A DNA stretch of 64,000 nucleotides from Bacteroidia bacterium (GTDB lineage: Bacteria > Bacteroidota > Bacteroidia > Chitinophagales > Chitinophagaceae). The stretch covers positions 1,136 to 65,135 of the forward strand of contig JBBIGW010000001.1 of NCBI GenBank assembly GCA_037447355.1. Reading direction: 5' to 3'. The position numbers were made by a program, and so were the translations under genes. The notes under the pieces are model-generated. The model searched no databases. It had not been told where the DNA came from and worked only from the letters and a program-made list of their open reading frames with translations. The stretch's first letter is position 1. Every line of letters begins with the position of its first letter. This document shows positions 57,513 to 64,000 of this stretch, in pieces.

Positions 57513-58742
57513 TTATTCACTGCGCAGTGAGAATTCCTGCCGGGCCGCTTTCCGGGAAGGGATCCAGGATGCCAGGAACGAAATAAAGAAAACGGTTCCG
57601 CCCACCAGTACGAAATCCCAGGCCCTTAGTTTGACGGGATAATAATCGATCAGGAAGGAGCCCCCCTGTAAAGGGATCAAATGATAATTCACCTGCAGCC
57701 AGACCAGCAGCAGGGCCAGCAGCATACCCATTCCCCCGCCGACCCCGGCCAGCAGCAATCCCTCACTTAAAAAGACCCGCTGGATAAATCCCTGGTTGCC
57801 GCCCAGTGCATGCAGGACACTGATATCTTTTTGTTTTTCCAGCACCAGCATGGTCAGCGCCCCGATCATATTAAAAGCGGCCACAATCAAAATCAGACAA
57901 AGCACCCCGTAAACGATCCATCGCTCCACGTTCATAATGGAATACAGGGAGCGGTTCTGCTGGTACCGGTCCTGCACCAGGTAATCCGGGCCAAAGATCT
58001 TTTCCACCGCCTGCTTCGACTGGTCCAGTGTACCCGGATCTTTGAGTGAGATTTCGATCCCGCTGTATTCATCCGGCCCCAGCCGCAGGGCAAGGCGCAG
58101 GAAATCAATATTGGTAATACCGTATTTGTTATCAAAATCCTGCTGGATCATGAAGGCGGCGGAAGACCAGGCGGAGTCGATGCTGATATCTTCCAGTAAA
58201 TCGAGCTGTTTGGAGTGGGTTTTCCGGGGCAGGTAAATATTCAGGGGCAGCAGGTTCCGGTCGGCATAGATCCCCAGCGCATCCTCCACCCCTGCTCCCA
58301 GCACCAGGCGGGGTTCATCAGCCGTACCCGTATTGTATTCCCCGTTGATCAGGTGACCGGCCACCCCGGTTACATAGCGGTAATTTTCATCCACGCCTTT
58401 CAGGTAGATCACCGTCTGGTTATCGCCGTTCTGCAGCATGGCTTTTTCTTCCAGCACCCTGGCAAAATTGCGGACAGACGCCACTCCTTTGAGTTGCTCC
58501 ACCTGCGCGGCAGTAACTGTCATTACTTTTCCGGAAGCCGGGGAGACTCTCAGGTCGGTATAAAAAGTGGAATAGAGGGATTTGACCAATCCTTCAAACC
58601 CATTGAAGACACTCAGCACCAGGATCAGCGCCGTGGTGCCGATGATAATGGCGGCAATGCTGGTCCAGGCAATGATATTGATGGCATTGGTGGACTTTTT
58701 TGCTTTAAAATAACGCCAGGCAAAAAGAAAGTTCAACAGCAA
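57513..58742 (-). CDS. ABC transporter permease, LolC/E (FtsX-like) family
   Basis: FAWRYF, LSVFNGFE, FNMIGALTMLVLEKQKDISVL, YYPV. Confidence 0.9.
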   Translation of the reverse strand: MLLNFLFAWRYFKAKKSTNAINIIAWTSIAAIIIGTTALILVLSVFNGFEGLVKSLYSTFYTDLRVSPASGKVMTVTAAQVEQLKGVASVRNFARVLEEKAMLQNGDNQTVIYLKGVDENYRYVTGVAGHLINGEYNTGTADEPRLVLGAGVEDALGIYADRNLLPLNIYLPRKTHSKQLDLLEDISIDSAWSSAAFMIQQDFDNKYGITNIDFLRLALRLGPDEYSGIEISLKDPGTLDQSKQAVEKIFGPDYLVQDRYQQNRSLYSIMNVERWIVYGVLCLILIVAAFNMIGALTMLVLEKQKDISVLHALGGNQGFIQRVFLSEGLLLAGVGGGMGMLLALLLVWLQVNYHLIPLQGGSFLIDYYPVKLRAWDFVLVGGTVFFISFLASWIPSRKAARQEFSLRSE

Positions 58743-58773
58743 AAGATTTTATCAGTTAACCGGGGTTCCCGGG

Positions 58774-59157
58774 TCATTCCGTTTTACCAGCAGGGCCGCT
58801 GCGGCGTTCCTCTTCAATTTTTTTAAAGAGTTCTTCCATTTTGAACACATGATCCAGGGTATCGTCATGAAAAAACTTCAGCACCGGGATGCTGCGGAGC
58901 TGGTGCCTCACCCGGCTGGCCAGTTCTTTCTTGATATCATGGTGCCTTTCTTCGATCCGGTGCAGGGCGGCTTTTACGTCTTTAACCTGGAAAAAACTTA
59001 CATAAAACCGGGCTTCCAGTAAATCCGGTGTCACTTTCACCGAAGAAATGGATACCATTCCCCCGCCGATCATATTGAGGCCCAACCGTTGAAAAATGCC
59101 GTTCATCTCCTCATTCAGCAACCCGGCGATCTGTTTCTGTCTTTTACCTTCTTCCAT
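58774..59157 (-). CDS. rbfA: Ribosome-binding factor A
   Basis: KRQKQIA, VKVTPDLLEARFYVS, LRSIPVLKFFHDDTLD. Confidence 0.95.
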   Translation of the reverse strand: MEEGKRQKQIAGLLNEEMNGIFQRLGLNMIGGGMVSISSVKVTPDLLEARFYVSFFQVKDVKAALHRIEERHHDIKKELASRVRHQLRSIPVLKFFHDDTLDHVFKMEELFKKIEEERRSGPAGKTE

Positions 59158-59249
59158 ACGTAATCGATTGTGTACCGCCGGCCTTTATAAACTTCGGCAG
59201 ACGCTGTAAAATTAGTTACTTTGCCCCGTTTACGCATCCAAATAAACCG

Positions 59250-61073
59250 ATGAAACAATATTCCCGCATTTTCCAGTATATGGGCCCGTTCAGGGGCAAG
59301 ATCGCTCTCTATTTTCTGTTCATCCTGCTGAGCATCGTTTTTTCCATTGTCTCCATCGGTATGCTGATGCCCTTTCTCCAGGTGATCTTTACGGATTCCC
59401 GGCCGGAGTGTATCAGTTGCAGTCCCTTAACCCGTTCCAGCAGCAATTTCCTGATCCAGTCCATCAATGATTTCCTGAACCAGTCACTGGATACCCGGGG
59501 TAAAATACCGACCCTTGGTTTTATCTGTTTTTTCCTGATCGGATTTATCTTCCTTAAAAACCTTTTCCTCTACCTGTCCTACTACGTTTTGAATCCATTA
59601 AAGAACAGGGTGGTCAACCAGCTGAGAGAGGACCTCTACGATAAAGTGCTGCGGCTGCCCATCGGTTTTTTCAATGAAAAAAGAAAAGGCGACCTGATGA
59701 GCAGGATGACCAATGATGTGAATGAAGTGGAAACCTCTGTGGTCGGCACCCTGGAAGGCTGGATCCGGGATCCGATGACGATCCTTATCACCCTCACGGC
59801 CTTGTTTCTGATCAGTTACCAGCTCACGCTTTTTATCCTGGTGCTCATCCCCGTACTGGGACTGGTCATTGGCCGGATCACCCGGTCCCTGAAACGACAT
59901 TCACAGGATGTGGCCAATAAATACGGGGAGACCCTGTCCACCCTGGATGAGACCCTGGGCGGGCTGCGTGTCATCAAGGCCTTTAACGTGGAAAAGATGC
60001 TGAGAGCAAAATTCTTTAAAGGAAATGATGAATTACTGCATTCCAAGAATAAGATCAGTTACCGCAGGGATCTCGCTTCTCCCTTATCCGAAGTAATGGG
60101 GGTGGCGCTGTTCACAGCTGTATTGTATTACGGGGGTATGCTGGTACTGCAAAACCAGTTCCTGCAGGCATCGGCCTTCCTGATGTTCCTCGGCGTGTTT
60201 TATAATATCATCAACCCGGCCAAAACCCTTTCCACTTCCTTCAGCAATATGCGCAAGGGTGCCGCGGCCATCGGGCGAATCGAGGAAATATTAAAAACCC
60301 CGGTGACGGTGGATGATAATCCCAACGGAAAATTATTACCGGCCTTTTCCAGTAAGATTGAGTTCAGGAATGTGCGGTTTGCCTACGAGGATGTGGTGAT
60401 CCTGGAGGATATCAACCTGGTCATTGAAAAAGGAAAAACAGTTGCCCTGGTAGGTTCTTCCGGGGCCGGCAAGTCCACCCTGGCCGACCTGGTACCCCGC
60501 TTCCACGATGTAACCGGCGGGGAAGTGCTGATCGACGGGGTGAATATCAAAGATTATTCACTGAGCTCGGTCCGGAGCCTGATGAGTATAGTAACGCAGG
60601 AGCCCATTCTCTTCAATGATACCATAGCAAGCAATATCGCACTGGGACAACAGGGTGCATCGCCCGAACAGATTGAAGCAGCAGCGGAGATAGCCAATGC
60701 GCATGATTTTATCCTGAAAAAGGAAGATGGCTATAACAGCAATATCGGCGACCGGGGTTCCAAACTCAGTGGCGGGGAAAGACAAAGGCTGACCATCGCG
60801 AGAGCGGTATTAAAAAATCCCCCGATCCTGATCCTGGATGAAGCCACTTCCTCCCTCGATACCGAAAGCGAAAGGCTGGTACAGGACGCCATCAACAATA
60901 TGATGCAGAACCGCACCAGTATCGTGATCGCTCACCGGCTGAGTACGATCCGTCATGCAGATGAGATTGTGGTGTTGCAGAAAGGCCGTATTGTTGAGAG
61001 AGGTAATCACGAAGCATTGATGCAACAAAACGGTTTCTATAGAAAATTAGTTGACATGCAGGAAGTACGGTAG
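59250..61073 (+). CDS. ABC transporter ATP-binding/permease (MsbA-like)
   Basis: TM domain; GSSGAGKST, LSGGERQRLTIARA, ILDEATSSLD, IAHRLST. Confidence 0.95.
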   Translation: MKQYSRIFQYMGPFRGKIALYFLFILLSIVFSIVSIGMLMPFLQVIFTDSRPECISCSPLTRSSSNFLIQSINDFLNQSLDTRGKIPTLGFICFFLIGFIFLKNLFLYLSYYVLNPLKNRVVNQLREDLYDKVLRLPIGFFNEKRKGDLMSRMTNDVNEVETSVVGTLEGWIRDPMTILITLTALFLISYQLTLFILVLIPVLGLVIGRITRSLKRHSQDVANKYGETLSTLDETLGGLRVIKAFNVEKMLRAKFFKGNDELLHSKNKISYRRDLASPLSEVMGVALFTAVLYYGGMLVLQNQFLQASAFLMFLGVFYNIINPAKTLSTSFSNMRKGAAAIGRIEEILKTPVTVDDNPNGKLLPAFSSKIEFRNVRFAYEDVVILEDINLVIEKGKTVALVGSSGAGKSTLADLVPRFHDVTGGEVLIDGVNIKDYSLSSVRSLMSIVTQEPILFNDTIASNIALGQQGASPEQIEAAAEIANAHDFILKKEDGYNSNIGDRGSKLSGGERQRLTIARAVLKNPPILILDEATSSLDTESERLVQDAINNMMQNRTSIVIAHRLSTIRHADEIVVLQKGRIVERGNHEALMQQNGFYRKLVDMQEVR

Positions 61074-61114
61074 CCCCTTGCTGGTCGCCCGATCCCTGTA
61101 TTTCATACCTATAC

Positions 61115-62545
61115 TCACCATCCACCTCCCAATGAGCGATAGATATTGGTGACCGCATTGAATTGCCGGAGTTTTGTTTCGATCAGTTCCAGTTTTGACG
61201 CCAATGCATCGCGTTGCGTCATCAGCACTTCAAAATAATCAGCCCTGGCCGACTTGAACAGTTCATTGGAAATAGTAACGGATGAAGTCAGGGTCTCCAC
61301 TTCCTTTGCCTTCAGGTCGTATGCCTGTTGAAGATTGGTGATGGCGGACATCCCCGTTGACACTTCATTACAGGCATTCAGCATCGTCCGTTCATAATTA
61401 TACAAGGCCTGCAGTTGTCGTGCATTGGCACTGCCGAATTCCGCTTTTATCGCATTCTTATTGATCAGGGGACCGGCCAGGTCACCGGCCAGGGAAAAGA
61501 TCAATGACACCGGCAAGCGGACCAGATAGGTTGGCTTAAATGCATTTAACCCGATGGCGGATGAAATTTCAACAGAGGGGTAGAACTCAGCCCTCGCCAC
61601 TTTCACATCCAGTTTTGCCGCAGTCAGTTCCAGTTCAGCCTGCCTGATATCCGGGCGATTGGATAACAGCTGCGCGGGAATACCTGCTTGTACCTGGCGG
61701 GGAATCAGATTCAGAAAAGCCGTTTTATCGCGTTCTATTGGCTGTGGGTATCGACCCAGCAGAAAGTTGAGTTCGTTTTCCCTTTCTTTAATTTTCTGAA
61801 GGATGTCAAACTCCAGGCTTTGGGAACTCAATACTTCCGCTTCAAACTTTTTCACCGCTAACGCTGTAGCTCTTGCGGCCTGCTGCTGAATACGTACCAC
61901 ATCCAGGGCATTCTTCTGCAATGCTATTGTTTGGCGTACAATTTCCAACTGGTTATCCAGTGCCAGTAATTCATAATACCCATTGGTGATCTCTGCAATC
62001 AGATTAGTGACGACAAAATTCCGTCCTTCTATTGTTGACAGATACCGGGTTACGGCGGCTTTTTTTGCATTGTGTAACTTCTTCCAGATATCCAGCTCCC
62101 AGTTGGCATAGGCCCCGACACGCTGGTCGGTCAGCCACTCCGGCACTCTCTTCCCCGGCGTTATATCTGCCGATGCATCACCGGCACCCTGGCTGGTGTA
62201 CAGCCCCACTTTATCCACTCCCGCCGCCGCACCGCCTATAACGGAAGGCAGCAGTTTACCCTGCCTGACCCGGATATCGTTACGGGCGATTTCCGTTTCC
62301 TGCAAGGTGATTAATAGTTCCTGGTTGTTCTTCAGGGCTGTATCAATCAGGCCAACAAGGTATTTATCGGCAAAAAAGTCCTTCCACCTGATCGATGCTG
62401 CATTCACGGTATCCGTAGATCCGCTGTAGGTTACCGGCATTGCTTTAGGTGCCGGTGGCTGAATCAGCGCCGGCACTTTACAATCAGCATAGATGAAAGC
62501 GCTGCCGATAAGTACAGCGATAATGTATTTTTTATTTGGGTTCAT
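61115..62545 (-). CDS. RND efflux outer-membrane factor (TolC/NodT lipoprotein)
   Basis: ALKNNQEL, WELDIWKKL, LLSNRPDIRQAE, YFEVLMTQR, YRSLGGGW; overlaps the RND stop. Start may be 62545 or 62554. Confidence 0.93.
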   Translation of the reverse strand: MNPNKKYIIAVLIGSAFIYADCKVPALIQPPAPKAMPVTYSGSTDTVNAASIRWKDFFADKYLVGLIDTALKNNQELLITLQETEIARNDIRVRQGKLLPSVIGGAAAGVDKVGLYTSQGAGDASADITPGKRVPEWLTDQRVGAYANWELDIWKKLHNAKKAAVTRYLSTIEGRNFVVTNLIAEITNGYYELLALDNQLEIVRQTIALQKNALDVVRIQQQAARATALAVKKFEAEVLSSQSLEFDILQKIKERENELNFLLGRYPQPIERDKTAFLNLIPRQVQAGIPAQLLSNRPDIRQAELELTAAKLDVKVARAEFYPSVEISSAIGLNAFKPTYLVRLPVSLIFSLAGDLAGPLINKNAIKAEFGSANARQLQALYNYERTMLNACNEVSTGMSAITNLQQAYDLKAKEVETLTSSVTISNELFKSARADYFEVLMTQRDALASKLELIETKLRQFNAVTNIYRSLGGGW

Positions 62546-64000
62546 TGTCGTCAAATTCTTCTGTTAAGGGATTTTCGTATTGGTCTTCTACAATAGGTTT
62601 ATTCTCTATCATCTTCGCGAAGAGATAATATAGTCCGGGGATGACAAGTACACCGGCCAGGGTGCCAATCAGCATTCCCCCTGCTGCTGCAGAGCCGATC
62701 GTTCTGTTTCCAACCGCACCGGGTCCGCTCGCCAGCACCAGTGGGACCAGTCCTGCAATAAATGCAAAGGAGGTCATCAGGATCGGGCGGAAACGGCTGG
62801 CGGCACCTTCAATGGCCGCTTGTAGTACTGTTTTCCCGGCTGCGTGTTTCTGCACCGCAAACTCAACGATCAATACCGCATTTTTACCCAGCAACCCGAT
62901 CAGCATAACCATGGCCACCTGCGCATAGATATTATTCTCCAGTCCCAGCAACTTCAGGAATAAAAACGCACCGAAAATACCCGCAGGCAATGAAAAGATC
63001 ACCGGGAGTGGCAGAATGAAACTTTCGTACTGTGCAGATAACAGCAGGTAAACAAACAACAGACTGATCATGAAAATGTATATCGCCGTATTGCCTTGTG
63101 CCACTTCATCTTTTGATATACCCGCCCAGTCAATACCAAATCCCCTGGGCAATGTTTTCTGCGCCACTTCATTTACTGCTTTAATAGCAGTGCCGCTGCT
63201 GTAACCGGCTCCTGCCCCACCACTTATTTCTGATGCGTTATATAAGTTATGCCGGGTAATTTCCGAAAGGCCATACACTTTTTCAATCTTCATAAAAGCT
63301 GAAAACGGCACCATTTCACCTTTGTCGTTCTTCACATAAAGTTTCAGCAGGTCTTCCGGCAATGCCCTGTACTCCGGCGAGGCCTGCACCATGACTTTAT
63401 ATTGCCGGTCGTAGCGGATAAAATTGGTTTCGTAGTTACTGCCCACCAGTGTTGACAAGGTACTCATCGCATTCTCGATCGTTACCCCTTTCTGTTGTGC
63501 AATATCATTGTCGATATTCAGCATATACTGGGGAAAACTGGCACTGTAAAAACTGAATACCGAAGAAAGTTCCGGCCGTTTATTCAATGCTGCCACAAAA
63601 TCATTGTTCACTTTTTCCATCATCTTATAGTTCCCTGAGCCTGCTTTATCGAGTAACCGCAGTTCAAATCCGCCGGCTGCTCCGTATCCCGGCACTGCAG
63701 GTGGGGGGAAGAATTCAATGGTGGCGCCTTTGATATCCTTCACTTTCTCTTCCAGTTCCGCCATGATCTCTTTTACCGAATGCTTTCGCTCACTCCAGTC
63801 TTTCAGATTGATCAGGCAGGTACCTGTATTCGAACCTGTACCTTCAGACAATATTTCAAAACCTGCCAGAGAAGAAACTGACTTAATTCCGTCAATGGTA
63901 ACAGCGATTTTCTGTAACTGATCCACGACATCATCTGTACGCTCCAGCGTAGCGCCGGGCGGCGTCTGCACAATGGCATAAAACGTGCCCTGGTCTTCAT
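62532..64000 (-). CDS. RND efflux permease (HAE1 family), C-terminal part; begins beyond the window
   Basis: EDQG.FYAIVQTPPGA, LSAQYES, IGLLGKNAVLIVEFA, RFRPILMTS; open to the window end. Confidence 0.95.
   Translation of the reverse strand, partial: EDQGTFYAIVQTPPGATLERTDDVVDQLQKIAVTIDGIKSVSSLAGFEILSEGTGSNTGTCLINLKDWSERKHSVKEIMAELEEKVKDIKGATIEFFPPPAVPGYGAAGGFELRLLDKAGSGNYKMMEKVNNDFVAALNKRPELSSVFSFYSASFPQYMLNIDNDIAQQKGVTIENAMSTLSTLVGSNYETNFIRYDRQYKVMVQASPEYRALPEDLLKLYVKNDKGEMVPFSAFMKIEKVYGLSEITRHNLYNASEISGGAGAGYSSGTAIKAVNEVAQKTLPRGFGIDWAGISKDEVAQGNTAIYIFMISLLFVYLLLSAQYESFILPLPVIFSLPAGIFGAFLFLKLLGLENNIYAQVAMVMLIGLLGKNAVLIVEFAVQKHAAGKTVLQAAIEGAASRFRPILMTSFAFIAGLVPLVLASGPGAVGNRTIGSAAAGGMLIGTLAGVLVIPGLYYLFAKMIENKPIVEDQYENPLTEEFDDNEPK

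Overview
A 64 kb chromosomal segment, mostly housekeeping genes, from a Bacteroidota bacterium, probably Chitinophagaceae. The taxonomy is inferred from T9SS substrates, a PorP/SprF gene, TAnnTTTG -7 promoter motifs and gene order. Core content: etfAB, fabI, fabH, pheT, zapB-like/zapA, rny, rplS, tatA, gatA, pabB, purA, rel, tRNA-Leu(UAG)-tig, clpP1-clpP2-clpX, nrdJ, GGGP/HepGP synthase, a LytS/LytTR pair, dxs, osmC, scpA, mscL, ppk2, frr, a WecA-like transferase, a split transketolase N-subunit, rbfA, an MsbA-like ABC transporter and the end of an RND/TolC operon. Accessory content: three large T9SS-secreted proteins and a solitary AbiE type IV toxin-antitoxin pair. No integrase, transposase, prophage or CRISPR array was seen. 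The most unusual signal is non-coding: at 43250-45290, hairpin repeats carry inserts of exactly 21 nt or 2x21 nt, nested up to three levels deep, with a possible decayed in-frame copy in pheT. Other observations worth follow-up: a perfect 18-bp inverted-repeat operator at AbiE, an anaerobe-type (bifurcating-like) ETF behind an FNR-like palindrome, a stand-alone T9SS-CTD-like microprotein, two small genes missed by the ORF track, and dispersed 8-bp-period arrays. All homology calls come from reading motifs; no database search was run.
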